Of a stretch of DNA of 64,000 bases, positions 40,808 through 54,500 are shown piece after piece; within the stretch, counting starts at the first letter, position 1, and the number at the start of each line of letters is the position of its first letter. This DNA comes from Botryllus schlosseri (lineage: Eukaryota). The translations under genes were made by a program, and so were the position numbers. The notes below the pieces were generated by a model. That model searched no databases, was not told the DNA's origin, and saw nothing but the letters and a program-made list of their open reading frames with translations. Where the stretch lies: the NCBI GenBank assembly GCA_051294905.1, contig CM119371.1:8372001-8436000 (forward strand). Direction: 5' to 3'.

Positions 40808-41829
40808 GTCGACACTACCGCGTCGATAGAAATAATAAAAAACTTAATCTTTCGTTTTAGAGTCTCCTCTTCGACTTTTGTCTTTCGGGTGTTTCTTTGA
40901 TGGTCTGGGATTTGTACCCTTCCATCATGGGCGAAGAGAGTGGGTGTCTTAAAACTCAACAACCAGGGAATCACTGTCTTTTACGCTGAGCGGCAATATC
41001 CTCAAATCATTATATACACCTGAAGACTACGGTTGGGATTTGAGGATCGGCATTTCCCGGGATTGGCAAGGATGGAATATTATACACTTGATGCTACACA
41101 GGCACCATTTATTTATTGTAATATTGACGCAAAACTCAGTTTTGATACTAACATCTTCTACAGCCAGGCTGTATAGAGCACTGGTCCCCAACCTTTTTGT
41201 CTTCATTCCCCACTTCAGATTTATCCCGAGCCTTCATCCCCCACCAGGACCATAACAGCACTTTGTCAGCCCCGTGGGCGAAGCCCCCAGAACCCCCTCA
41301 GCCCCGCTGAGCCTGTACACTTTTTTTCCGCTACTTATCAGATACATTGGGTATACTGATTAGTGCGCCGCCTTATTGGGACCAAATGCGCGAAGCGCGA
41401 AAAATTTATATAGTTCGTGTTGTAATTGGTAAATATGATTGGGAATTGCATATATTTTGTTACCAATTTTTTATCCTCTATTTGCATACGCAATGAGATT
41501 TACCGGTACAGCTGAGTGAGGTGTCTTGGAAAAGGTAGGAACCCTAAATAAGAATTAAACATTTTCAGGCGCACCCGTTGGTATATTGGCTTCATTGCAT
41601 TATGCCATTTCGTGACCTCCTATACCTGCTATGTCAAAAGAGATGGAAATCGCCCAAACTAAAAGGCACACACGATTTCAAATTGGTATTGCTTTACTGG
41701 TAAATAATTTTTCCCTGCGGGATGGCATTTGCCCTGTTCGGTTCACATCGCCAGGACAGGAACATTTAGCGCCGGCCATTTAGCCGCCTATGGACAATTG
41801 AGCATATATGTATATTGTATATATATAGT

Positions 41830-43290
41830 CTCTTTTGCCGTTGACGCAGCGGAAAGTTATGTTACTTCTTTTCCCGGTACTATACCGGACCCTGCCTTAT
41901 CCGTGGCCAACTTTTCATTCTCGTCGGAAACCACTTCCATGGTAACCGTATCATCTCGGTCTTGGTCCCGGATTTCGAATAATTCAAGACGCTCTGTAAA
42001 TTCTTTCAAAAATTCTAAACATAAAGTAAAGTCCATCAAATTCTATCCCTCCTCTCATAGTAATAGCTTCGCTTCTTCTACTACCTCCTCTGGGTCGCAC
42101 GACTCGCCAACAGTCGTGACGTCACCGAATTCATCTGCGCCCCAAACCCCGCCCCCAATCCTTAGCCGACTCCCGGTCCGTAGGCCAGTCACTGGGTACT
42201 ACTACTTACCTGCCGCCCGTGCCTGGCTTCGGAGTGTCGGGGATAGTAGAGAGTCCCTAGGACGTCATACCATAACCCCCAAAATCGTGGTTTCCCCCAA
42301 GGGGTTTTACTCCCTCCCCACCCCAAACGTTAGTGAAGAGTCGTTTGGCCCCTATGTCTCTTCACAAAGCCCTATTCCTTCGCTTTCGGAATTGTTCAAA
42401 GTACCTCTGCCAGGCAGCCGGGGCTCTACTCAAGAGCTCCATGCCCGGTTGGAACGGGTAAGTCCCTTCCCCACCACACGCGATGATCTGAAACAGATGT
42501 CGTCGGCGGTAACTAGTCCGAACAACGTAGACTCGCCTCCCGTCGGTCAGAGAGCGTGTCTCCCTCGCGCCCACCTGTGGACGAGACTAGCTCTGTGACG
42601 GCTGAATCAGCGGGCGGCCATTCCGAAATTACCGGAGCTGTCGATCGCTGTGAAAGCCCGACGAGATTGCCTCCTGCGGTGAGTGCACGTGACGAATTGA
42701 ATGTCGACGTACCTTCTCCCGAACCGAGCCCACCTCGTGCACAAGTCGATCTGCGCGAGTTGCGCTCGGAGCTTGCGAACTTGGTGTCCGGATGTCCTCA
42801 CAACACCGAGGCTTTCGGGCACCTTGGAACGTGAGTTGGAGCTCTGCACTGACCGTGCCTCTAATTGCAGCCGCCCTCCCGGCCGTAAACGCCCCTCCCC
42901 CCCTAGGAACAGATTCTCGCGCGCGAAGCACAACGGCGTGCTAAAGTCAACCAATTGAATGGTCAGCGCGAGTATTGGTCTGGGGCGGCACAACACCTAC
43001 AGTCCGCTTTCTGGCGCAATCAGAAGGAAACGGTCAGACAGATAGATCACCGAGGATGATTCTGGCAGTAAACGGTGCGAAATTCCTGCTGACGTCATCG
43101 ACCGGAAATTTCGTGCTGACGCTGCCGCCGCGGTTTCTGATAATGACGCTGCTCTTCCTTGGTGGATGACTCAGCACAGTTGCCAGGTCGCCCTGCTGTT
43201 GACGACGAGGCGATCACTTCTGTAGAGGTAGCGAGAGTGCTGGCGACCTTAAACACAAGTAGTTCGCCAGGCTCCGATGGTCTCACCGTC
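41830..43290 (+). mobile_element. GC-rich relic, probably L1/Tx1-type LINE (ORF1-like Ser/Pro-rich part plus the start of the RT region)
   Basis: AITSVEVARVLATLNTSSSPGSDGLT (about 43210-43287) matches the non-LTR RT N-terminal motif IT..EV...L......SPG.DGLT. The upstream low-complexity ORF (41729-42598) is unassigned. Confidence 0.5.
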
Positions 43291-43535
43291 GCAGGGTTAC
43301 TGATGAACAGATTTGAAATCGGAATAAATTTTTGTGGTGCGATGTCTTAGTATCCCATCGAATGCTCTTGCATAGCTATCGGCACGCATGATTTTCCTAG
43401 CATGCTAGTTTTGAATAGTGGCAACGTGACCAGCATAATCCCGAAGTTGTCCTTTTGTTTACAGAAATTCGCCAAATCCTACTAATATCTACTCACGTAT
43501 ATTACAGCAAGTATTCAGAGACCAACTGAGAAGAT

Positions 43536-45473
43536 ATGGAGTCATCACAGAACTGCATCGACGTGTGGCTTGGAGCGTCAAACAATATCGCATTAGTTGA
43601 CCGAAAGCAACAATCGAAAGAAAGATATGAGGCAAATCAAGAAGCTATATTTTCTTCTGAAACTAGTCCAACGGAGTCACCTAATCGCGATATGCATGAT
43701 AAAGCTTACACCATGAATATCTATAACAGTGGTTCCCAACGTGGGCGATATCGCCCCCCGGGGGGCGATTTGTCGGTCCAGGGGGGCGAAAATAGCCAAG
43801 GGGGCGATAGGGGGGCGAAAACGGACGAAGGGGGCGATAGGGGGCGATGGCGCGTTGAAATGGCTATATTGGCGTCCATGACCGTAACTGCCACACCCAA
43901 ACCCCAATTGGGATGGGGGCCCGAGATCGAAGGAGGCCCACAATTCTTTCGTGAATTAACAATAATTAATGTGGAAATTTAGGCAACTTTTTCAAAAAAA
44001 TTCCGCGCTGCGCGCCTTTTCTTGGTCTCATATTTCTTACTTATTGGATACCCTTCCTCCAAGAAATAATATGCATGAGTTATATAAATGGGCATCTCGG
44101 CATCAGTCACACCATGTCGCACCAAGAGATATGTATAGTCTCAGGCCATGTAACATGCGACTCCGAGAAGTGGGCCAGAACGCGAAAACCTTAGGGAAAA
44201 GGCCTGCCTTTATGCTGACCGACTTCGATATATATACGATAGACATATATATTTAATTGTATATATGCGCCTAAATGGCTGGCGCCAAATGTTCCTGTCC
44301 TGGCAATCAGAACCCCACAAAATTATGCCATCTCGCAGAGAAAAATTAATTGCCTGTGCAGACATACCAATTTCAACTCGTGTGAATCTTTTAGTTTAGT
44401 ACGTATGGGCGATTTGAATATCTTTTGGCATAGCAGACAGGCCAGAAAATGTCATTACGTAACGAAGTCATTATACCCACGGGTTCGCCCGAATATGTTA
44501 AATTATTATTTACGGGCCCTACATTTTCCAAGACACCTAACTCAGCTTTACCGGTAAATCTGAATACATGAGCAGAGAGAGGATAAGAAATTGATAGAAA
44601 TATATATGCAATTCCCGATCATATTGACCGATTCAATCATACCGATGGAAATTTTTCGCGCTTCGCACGAATTAAGCCGACTAACTAATGAGTCCAACAA
44701 TTTGTGCTGAGAAGTAGCGGTGAAGAGGTATCGGGGGAGTTGGGTATGAGGGGTGCAGAAGTTTGCTTTATCGCCCTATGGAGGGGGGGGTCAAGACCAA
44801 CGTATTGGGGGCTGACGAAGTGCTGTTATGGTCCTTTTGGAATCAAGTCGGAGAAATCACCTTTTTTGTTACTCAGCTCACCAAAATTTAGCTGGGAAAG
44901 TGAAATTTCGCGGTCGAGCCGAAAAGTTGACCTTTTTTCTTAGTCAACTCGCCGGTGATTTCAGTCTGTATGCCCATTCTTCGGTTCCCCATATTTGGGG
45001 GGCGATGATCGGCGTGGAGTTTGAAAAGGGGGCGATGAGCCAAAAAAGGTTGGGAACCACTGATCTATAATAACCGGCGAATATTTTCCACTCCGCCGTT
45101 ACCTTCGCTAAGCACGGACAACGAAGAGTTAAGCGACTTCAGTTCCGATCACTCGACTTCAGTTCCGATCACTCCAACTGCTCAGTCGTTCGTCAAAATC
45201 AGTCAGAAGTAATTGATTCTGAAAACCAAGACACAGCGATGGAATGATGAGGATTTCACAACGGATTGCCGACAGATTTTAGCCAGGGACAGTCGGCGAG
45301 CGGATGGCAGAAAGGCCCAGGGATCATAGGAGGACCGGAATATCATATTGTACACAGCGTCATTCCTGTCTTCAATATTGGAAGTTCGTCTGATTTGGGG
45401 TGGATTGTTCATATCTTTCCTTTGACCACGCAGATGGAACCTACCGGGAATGTCGAAAGTCAAACGGTTCAAG
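43536..45473 (+). pseudogene. Disrupted paralogous copy of forkhead-gene exon 1
   Basis: 43291-45510 is co-linear with 27455-28310 (MESSQNCIDVWLGASNNIALVDRKQQSKER...). It is broken by a hAT insertion, a 20-bp tandem duplication and small deletions. The donor site is retained. Confidence 0.9.
43727..45062. mobile_element. hAT (Charlie-type) element inserted in the exon-1 paralog
   Basis: Perfect TIR CAGTGGTTCCCAAC / GTTGGGAACCACTG and perfect TSD ATCTATAA. The empty site ATCTGTAA is visible at about 27880. GGGGGCGAT subterminal repeats. Confidence 0.95.
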
Positions 45474-45559
45474 GTAAATTCATGGATGGCAATATTTATT
45501 ATTGAAAACTATTAGCTCGGGCTGGACCAAGAGGTTATATGTCGTGAATGGGATGTCAT

Positions 45560-48500
45560 GATTATGACATGACTCAATGAGAAAGGACCGTTGAAAATCA
45601 TATCCTGCACAATTCAGTACAAGATGGTCAACGGTTTCGGCGATATTGCAATGAAGCCATAGCGGAGTATCTGAACATCATATTTCGAACGAATGAGCGT
45701 TAAGCCTACAGTGTCCGGAGCGCAGACGGAACATGATGACGTAAAATTGCCGATATGCATGCATTGACGTGAATTTAGTTGAATTGCAACTACTGAAACT
45801 CTTATAATGCATCTCTTTATCTTCACATGCGTACAGTTCCTGCCAGAGAGTTCGCAAATATTGGCGGACAATTGACTTAGTTTCTCCGATGGTCACCTCA
45901 GGGAGTTGACGATTGGGGCCAGACAAAGATGCGGATGTTGCTTTGCGGTCGGCGATCTCGTTGCCATGGATACCTTGGTGACTGGGAATCCATTCAAATG
46001 CTACCTCTATACCCAGGGTTGCCATACCGTCCTCATTTTTAAGATTTGTCCTTATTTTAAAGGGCCACGTCTTAACATCTCAACTGTCCATATTTCTAGT
46101 AAATGTCCTTTAAATGTCCATTGTTACTGGAGTTCTTGCTCCATACGTTCAAAAATGATTTTGTCTATACTTGATGTACAGCCATTTTCGATCTTGGTTG
46201 ACGCCTCTAATCAGAACGAGGCGAATAAGTTTGGTTTATAACCCTATGGCCTATGGGGTGCCCCAGACCAACGTGTTTTTGGGGGAGGGGCTGGCGAAGT
46301 GCTGTTCGGCCCTGAGTGAAGGTAAACCTAGACCTGAGCTCTGAGCTGTCGTGAGATCAATGAAGCACTTTCTAATAATGAGGAGTTGCAAGAGCAGGCT
46401 GTTTCTTGCGAAAAGTATGGAATGTTATATGCCACGGATCGTACAAATACAAAGTATGTACAAAATCGCTTTTGATACTAATATAATTTTTCGACTTTCC
46501 TTATATGGGTCTTTGTCGATGGCAACCGTGTCCATACCTCTTTCAGTTACCCGCTCAAACAAGGGGAAAAATTTGCTGAATATATCTGTCGGCGCCGTGA
46601 GAGGGTTGGATATCGTATTGAGCACACTAAGCGAATCTGAAAGCATCACATATTTCTCTTCGTTGCATCCAGTATCTGACACCTAGGAAAATGCATGATG
46701 AATCGCTAAAAGTGCAACATGAAATACGGAATGGTAAAAGTTATACTTACCGATACCGAACGAGAGGGGATATAGAAAGCGTGAGCGGTTGCTATTGGGG
46801 TCTTGGACCCATCTTTATATATCTCGATAGCTCTGTTCGTGGCATTCAAACTCTGTTCGTGGCATTCAAACATATAGTCGTGGAAACATGCTTTCATAAC
46901 ATCTTGAGAAACATTCTTTGGGTGTAAACGTAGCAGTTGCGTATTGACGATTTGTGGGCGGGCCATCCACGGAAGTTGATAATGGAAAAGGGGTTGTCTC
47001 CACTGAAATTTTCCGAAACAACGGGACGTTGGAGTAAATGTTATACGTGACAACGTTAGGTCTAATTAGCCCATATATCTCGTCCCATGATGAATCTTGC
47101 AATAGCCCAAGCGCCGAATGTTAATCTGCATTTAGTTTGAGTAGGTAACAGCGATAATTCCATACACAGATATTTGTGTCTAATGTGAAGACGGGGTTCG
47201 TTGCATGTTGCTTGTAACGCACAAACAGGGGAGCTGCGCATTGCTCCACAACATTAACGCAATGCTTTGTTCTGCACTACTTCGATCTTTTTCGAATGGC
47301 ATTTTGGAGAGAAGTAGTATGCTGCCATACCGTAGTCAATGAGAGACCTGATCAGAGACCTGTGTAACTGTAATACTGACGATTTGTTACATCCCCAGTT
47401 CGTACCACGAAGTGCACGCAGCATACTGATCGACCGACTACACTTCTAAACAGCACAATCAATATGGAATTTGTACGAAAGATTGGTACTCAAACTTCTC
47501 AACCAAATTGATGTCGACTCCGTCAACGCACAATAATACCTCGGGGATAATCCTCTTTCGGGTATAATACCTCGGGGATAATCCTCTTTCGGGTAAAGAG
47601 CATGTCCACTGACTTGATTTTGAGAGAGAGCAACGCCACTTATTACATCACTCCTGGAACGATTTTAGACACATTTGAATGGATGCTGTAATGCGGGTAA
47701 TGGATAGACCACTCTCCCGCATTGCGCAATCATCGGCGTAGAGTAGACGCCTATACTTCCGTGTAAAATGGGGATGATATCGTTCACCATCACAGCAATT
47801 AGTGAAGGACTATATCGTTCACCATCACAGCAATTAGTGAAGGACTATAAGTACACTGCCCTGAGGTATGCCATTTCCTAGGGTCCCCACATCAGAGAAA
47901 GTATTTTCAATAAGAACTCGATAGGTTCTCTCACTGAGGAAACATTTAGGCCACCCCAACATATGACCTTTGATACCCAATTTCGATAGTTTAGACAACA
48001 ATCCGTGGCGCCACACCATATCATAGGCCCGTTCAATATCTAGAAACACGGCCAACGTTGAACGTTGATTGTTGATGGCCTTGTATACATCGTCACGGAG
48101 CGTAAGGCTATGATCCAACGTACTCCGACCTTCTGGGAACCCAGACTGTGACACATTCAAAAGTTTATTCGACTCAAGAAACCAACGCAGTCTCCTTGCA
48201 ACTATCACCTCTAGAATCTTGCAAATATGACTAGTCTGTGATATAGGTCGGTATGATTCTACCGCGGTGCTATTTTTGCCTGACTTAATAATTGGAACCA
48301 GTATAGAATGTTTCCAGCACTTTGGTAGCTGCCCCTTTGCAGTAGTTGACGAGTCGCTTGTTGGGAAAAGGTTTTTTAGCATCTGAAATTAACTTATCGA
48401 GTCATGGCCAGGAGTGGAGAGACCTAACGCGACTGAATAGCAGCTTTCAATTCGGGGACAGTGAAAGGCTTGTTTATGGACATTTCAGGGACAGTGAAAG

Positions 48501-51340
48501 GCTTGTTTATGGACATATCATTACCACTTCCTATGTCGGGAGTTATGATATTATCTTAGTCGAAAGCAGATTTCCCCTGGATGAATTCAGATGATATTAT
48601 CTTTGTCGAAAGCAGATTTCCCCTGGATGAATTCAGTTGAGTGATTAGAGTTGCTGCTGATCATGTAAATTACGGTGGAGAATGCTTCGGATTTAGATTT
48701 ATCATCGCTCAGCGTGGTGTCGTTGTACTGGATTGATCTATTGCAGACGGCCCAATACTGGATTGATCTATTGCAGACGGCCCAAGAGTTGGAGGCTATC
48801 TCTTTCCTCACTTTGGAGATTCCTGATCGCCTATTCATCGACTCGCAAAAAGTTTCCCTACATTGTCGTTCAGCAGATAGTATTACTTTTGGGCATTCAG
48901 CGCGCAGTTTCTTTAATTTCAAGACGTCGGCCATGCTGAACGTTCTTTTCATTTTAAGATATGCAGCTTTTTTTCGTCTGACAGCTCTATTGCAGGCATC
49001 ATCCCACCGTAATACCGGAATTTTTGCAGAGTTAGGCAACCGAGGAATTGAAAGCTATGCGGACTGGACGATGCATCTGGTTATGTAGAAGTTCAGCTGC
49101 TCAATGCCGTCTGACATTTCGGTGGCTATTCTCGTGTCGACATGACTACAGAAATCCGTCCAATTTGCTTTCCTGAAACACTCATTTCTGTGGTTCTATA
49201 GAAGAGCTAGCCGTTCCGCCATGACAATACGTGAGAACAACATGGTGATCGCTTCCGACAAGGTGTTACGTCACTTCAGTGTGACATCAAACTGAACGTC
49301 ACTTCAGTGTGACATCTAACTGAAATGTCTGGTGACGTGATGGCGAGGTCAAGGAGTGGCCACCGGTGGATAGCATCCACAGAAAGGTTGATTCCTGTTG
49401 GACATGATGCATTCAGCAGGACTGGGTAGTTTGCATCAAAGGCCTCGTACAGTTTAACGCCACATTGATTTGTACGGTGGCTCCATGACCAATCATGTGC
49501 GTTAAAGTCACCCACTACTATCGTTCGGGCTGTCATGGAACGCAAGATCGTCCTCCTCCAGTCTATAAGCAGGAGCTATGTTTATGTTGCAAAATGTATA
49601 TCTCTCGACCTTTATACACATAAGCTCGAAACATCGTGACGTAATCGAGGTATCCACCCTCGAGCTATCGTTTCTCTAACGAAGGCGGCTAAACAGTTCC
49701 ACTGTAGTATTGCAAGGTGTTTAGGTGACATGTCTAGCTATTTCATCCATAGGCTCATTTTGGCTTTCATCAATTTCTCTATTGGTAGGACTTGAAATTA
49801 TCTGCAGTGCACTGAAATTGATCTCATGTCCCAGGAACTTGGAGGCAACATGCACCACTGTGTCAAATACGTTAGCGCTTACCTCTCTAGAGGCGGAAAG
49901 CAGCGCCTGCACTATTTCGGCCACGAGGGCCAAAAGACTGATCGGGCCAAGCTGGTTTGTATGACCGAGGCCAGGCTCGTTCGCAGGGGGCTAACGGCCT
50001 CGGATGTTGTGAAGTGGTCAGATGACGTCCCATTGAAGTAACGTAAATCGCCGTCATTCGGGGCGGATGTGATAATCGGTCTGCGGATTTTGTTCACACT
50101 GCTATTCGCTTCTCGTGACACTTTTTGTGCATAAGATACTTACTCTGGGTGACTCCGATAACAGACCGGGTGCGCACGTGTTCTCTAGCCTCAGGGAAGG
50201 ATAAGTTTGACGTCTCTTTCAAAATCTGTATTTTTGCATCCTCTTTATATGCGGGACAGTCACCGTAAGAGGCACTGTGTAATTGGTTAGAAATTATGCA
50301 CTTTCTTTCGTTAGTGCATGCCTCATATTTGTGTTTCTTGCTACCACACTTTGAGCAGCTAGTTTTACAACTAATAGATTGTGCAACGTGTCCATATCTG
50401 TTGCAATCGAAGTACCTGGCTGGCGGAGGATTATATCGCTTGGTAGGGAAACGAAGATAGCCAAATGTAAGATGATTTGGAACCTCTTTACCGCTGAAGC
50501 CGGCGAGGACTGAGAGACTATTTATTCACCAATCCTGTTTTTGATCTCATTTTCAATCGTTTCAGGAATACGACGTTTGTCTAGACTAGCTAGTAGCTCT
50601 TCCTCTGTGATTTCCAGAGGGACACTTTTGATTACGAACTTGCTGACTAAGCGAGTGGCGTGGTCTTCACTGGGATACTAGTTTTCGTTACCGAATCTTT
50701 AATACTGTCACACGATAGCAATTCCTTTATTTTTTTTTTGATAATGACACGTTACCTTCAACTCCCCTGATCGGAGAGGTTTGATACTTTTGTAGTTGCC
50801 TATCATTGCGTTAAGAGCCCTGTTCACTTGAGCAGGGTGACAATGCGTCATTTTTCTTTGTGTACCAGAGATTAGAATATCTAAGCTGCTCTCTATCTGC
50901 TGGATGCTCGATAAGTTACGATTCTGTTTATTTGCGCCGATATTTGCCTCGGGCCCGGCCGATGCAACGGATGCGCTATACTACAAGGCGTGTTTGCAAC
51001 ATTAGCGAATTCCCGCATTGGGTTTTTGTATTACTACGCGAGAGGTCGTCGGATTCGAATCATCACCATCTGATGAGATGCGATGCTCAGACCGCCTCTT
51101 GGATGTCCCAATTCCCTTCATCTTGCCTACCTATGTAGGCAGGGAAGGATTCGTTAACTACCCTCACCATGTCAATTCTAAGCCCATATAAACTCCAGTA
51201 TAATACGGCACTACACTCCGAGGTGAAACGGCTAAATCACCGCACCAAGTCTGTCTACACGACACGTCGGATGCCACTGATTACTCGCTAACGACCTCCG
51301 CACTCGACGATGGTCCGAAAGCAGCTGTTCTAATACCACG
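45560..51340 (-). mobile_element. Near-full-length decayed LINE of the I group (I/Nimb-like): ORF1 with zinc knuckles; ORF2 with APE, RT, RNase H and CCHC
   Basis: ORF1 knuckles (YFDCNRYGHVAQS...CSKCGSKKH...C, about 50250-50440). APE: VVGDFNAH, LLDLAITS, GSDH. RT: YRPISQTS, QSGF, AVFLDIERAYD, GIPQGSVL, LYADD. RNase H: YKDGSK, SDSLS, WIPSHQGIHGNEIADRKA. C-terminal ETVDHLVLNC. Many stops and frameshifts; the ends are approximate. Confidence 0.93.
46014..46530. mobile_element. hAT-like MITE inserted in the LINE RNase H domain
   Basis: TIR CAGGGTTGCCAT / ATGGCAACCGTG and TSD TCTATACC / TCCATACC. Removing it restores ...VTERG-IEVAFEWIPSH. Confidence 0.88.
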
Positions 51341-52110
51341 CTTATCCGCAAACAATTGAATTGGCAAATCACGATGATTGCTCGGTTGAATACAATTATA
51401 TAGGTTGCTAAAACCGTGACTTTACCGGCGATATACGTTTGCATATTGCTGTGATTGCTTTGTTTTAGTAGTAATCTAATCTGGCAATAGTCCTATGTAT
51501 GCGTTATGCGGAATACACGAGATGTAACTGTTAACACGGACATTGTAATTTAGTTCAGTGGTTCTCAACCGCCAGTCCAGTCCGCCAGCTATATTAGGAT
51601 TTTATACCTTAATTTTTAGATGCAAGATGTTGAAGGCTTATCCATTGGTAAAATACTAAAACGTTGAATTTTAAACTGATGCAGAACTTACTGAGGTAAC
51701 GTGAACATGATCGATTTGACTTGAAGTCCAAGCTGCCTCCGGTGACTCGCTAAACCGCGCAATTAGTATGATCATTGATCATTCGTGTTCTATTCATTAA
51801 TTTTGTGGGTGGCCTGGTATCGCTGTTGCCAGTGGTTTCGTGTGGTGCATTTTACACGTATTAGGCAACGTCTATGGTAGCAGTGGGAAACGAGCAAGAT
51901 ATCTCGACACTAAGGTGCTTGGTCCTACTGCAAACCGCTTCATCTCTGGATATTCTCGTAGAGAAGAATATTTTCCGAGTTGGCGCGGTCTGTTATAATT
52001 CACGGCATTGGGCGCGAAATTAGTCTATGTTTATCCGAGCAAGTCGATTTTACTTCGACTCAGCAGACACTACCGTGCAATCACACGAATACCACCATAA
52101 ACATATTTTA

Positions 52111-53452
52111 CACTAGAACTACCGGAACTTCGAACTACCTAGAACTACCTTGTGGCTTTTTGACGCATGTTGGATTTTCTTCGATTAAATTCATTCAACG
52201 GAGCTAAAAATCAGCACAAATCGTAACAAACGGCATCAGAAACCATTGTCTATTGCGCTCACATCTACTTGCAATATTTTAGACACACCTTAGTGCAACA
52301 CTTATATGAAAAATCGCCGTTTTTTGGTGTTACATATGAGTGTTGTTCTGGTGCGCATTTGGTATTTGAGCACGTTCTTCAAAAATTTGGAGTAGTTCCA
52401 GATCCGCTTTAGCCACATCACCATTCTTGGTTATTGCTGACATATCACAAAGCTTATAAGATAAGATTTGCATAATGCTATCTTGCAACTAATCTTCGAT
52501 TTGCATATTTTTAAATAGTATCGGCATTTTGGCAAGTAGAAGATCATTCACATTCGAAGAAAACATGCACGGACCATCGTCGACTTGTTGGTACCCTCAT
52601 AGAATACTGCCTTTTGAACCTGGCCAATATTATCCCCCTGGTTTTGTTTCGTTATTACATTTAACCGTCACTAGTTTCTTGTTTGTGTTGTTTCCGAAGG
52701 AAACAGTTACCTCCGGTTGGAGTGTAGTCAATATCTATGTATACAACTTCGATCTCTACACTGGCATCTTGCCATTACGCTTATCAACAAGGTGTGGCTA
52801 CATGAAGCTGCCTGTGTTTCTTCTGGTCCTGGGTAGCTTCAAGCAACTTTTGACAATGGTGTCAACTGGGGCTTCGTTTGCTTCTCCAAGCGTATATAGC
52901 CGCATCCACGTAACATTGTTTCAAGATGGATATACACCAGAATCTTCACATTACTATATGCATGACAAATGTATTGATTATAGAAGAGGTTTCCTGTCCT
53001 ATCCTTGCCTAAATATGAGACACCCTTGTACAAATACTTGGTAGCAGCAGCATCCACTATCTGACATTTTACCCCAATTATTTGCTGGCATTTCAACGAG
53101 GAAGATCCACGGCCTTCTATTACAAGGGATGTTGTTGCTAACACAGTTACACCAAGTCAATATTAACAAAGTTCTGTTGTTACAAACTACATTTCTGCGT
53201 TTAGCAGATACATAAACACTTTCCAAAATATGAAACTGCAATGCCTTAAGGTAGAAAAACTGTAATGCGTCACAAAAGCCACTCGGTAGTTCTAGGTAGT
53301 TATGTGTATAACTTTTTTATTTGTACTAGATGAGTGGCCTACATAAAATAAATAAAAGTCAAGAAGTTTCAGCCGAACAGCGTAAGATTTGACTGAATGC
53401 CAGCTCTTCAAAAATGAAAATGCGTCAAAAAAGCCACTTGTTCTTTCTAGTG
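52111..53452 (-). mobile_element. Decayed piggyBac transposon
   Basis: Termini TTTA|CACTAGAA ... TTCTAGTG|TTAA with subterminal inverted repeats GTGGCTTTTTGACGCAT. Transposase relics GVKCQIVDAAATKYLYKGVSYLGKD, NETKPGG and TSRRWSVHVFF. Confidence 0.85.
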
Positions 53453-53492
53453 TTAAATACGAACAAAACCATCAAAATGTAGCTCTCTAGTA

Positions 53493-54500
53493 CAGGGCTG
53501 GCCAACCTGCGGCTGCAAAAGGTAAATTTGTGCGGCCGTGGACACGTAATTCAAGTATAGTATCTGCTGGCCGTCGTCGACAAAATAATTGAATTTATGA
53601 ATTGACTCCCGAATCTCCGGTATATTTTACCTTATCTTGAAATTTTCTCCGCGCTAATCACGATTCAATGCGACTTCATTTTTCGATTTTAATCGTAGCG
53701 GCGTTTTCAATCGGAGCCCCACAGTACATATGCGAACAGCGGTGGATAATGATGCACAAGATATGGAAGTACCAACTTAGAATCGTGCGCTCATCACGAA
53801 AGAAATTTATTTCTGGTACGTATGGGAGATTCTAATATGTTTCCACTAGACCGACAATCCTGATGGGAGGTCAAGAAATAAAAACAAGCAACAAAGTGAC
53901 TATAATAACAACTGGCCCACCCGAAGATGCATCATCATTTATGAATTGCTACGAATTTTCGAGAACACTGCCTCCGTCAACTCTACCGATGAGTCCTGTC
54001 AGTTGTCACATTGGCTTGGTAAGGATATATATTTGATAGTAATATGTGAAACTACGTAAAAAAAATTGCGATTCACGTGACCATGACCGTTCCCGGTACT
54101 TATGCATAACATGATCACTACACTGTAAGCTTAAACGCGTGCATATATGCACATAAAAAACACACAATAATCGAATTTTTTTTAGATGCCACATTGCGTG
54201 GTAGCGATGTATGTCATAATATTGTGTGGTCTGAAGTGGCATGTCCGTACCTATCGCTGCAGAGCTCGAAATTATGTACCTGAAATACCTCCACAGGCTC
54301 TTATCGAAAAAATATTTTATTTCAAAAGAATCGGTTCTAGAATGTACAATAAAAGAAACAGTGTAAGTTGCCGTTAAATATGACAATACATATTGAAAAC
54401 ATAACAATTTTTTGACACAGTAAGACAGGATTTTATACAGTAATAACAGAGCTTCTTTAAGGTACAGAAATTCAATACACAACTGAATAGTATATGTTCA
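53493..54500. mobile_element. hAT MITE left part; its right end is replaced by an inverted duplication
   Basis: Terminus CAGGGCTGGCCAACC. Similar to 23225-23500, 20340-20700 and 3783-3872. Confidence 0.7.
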
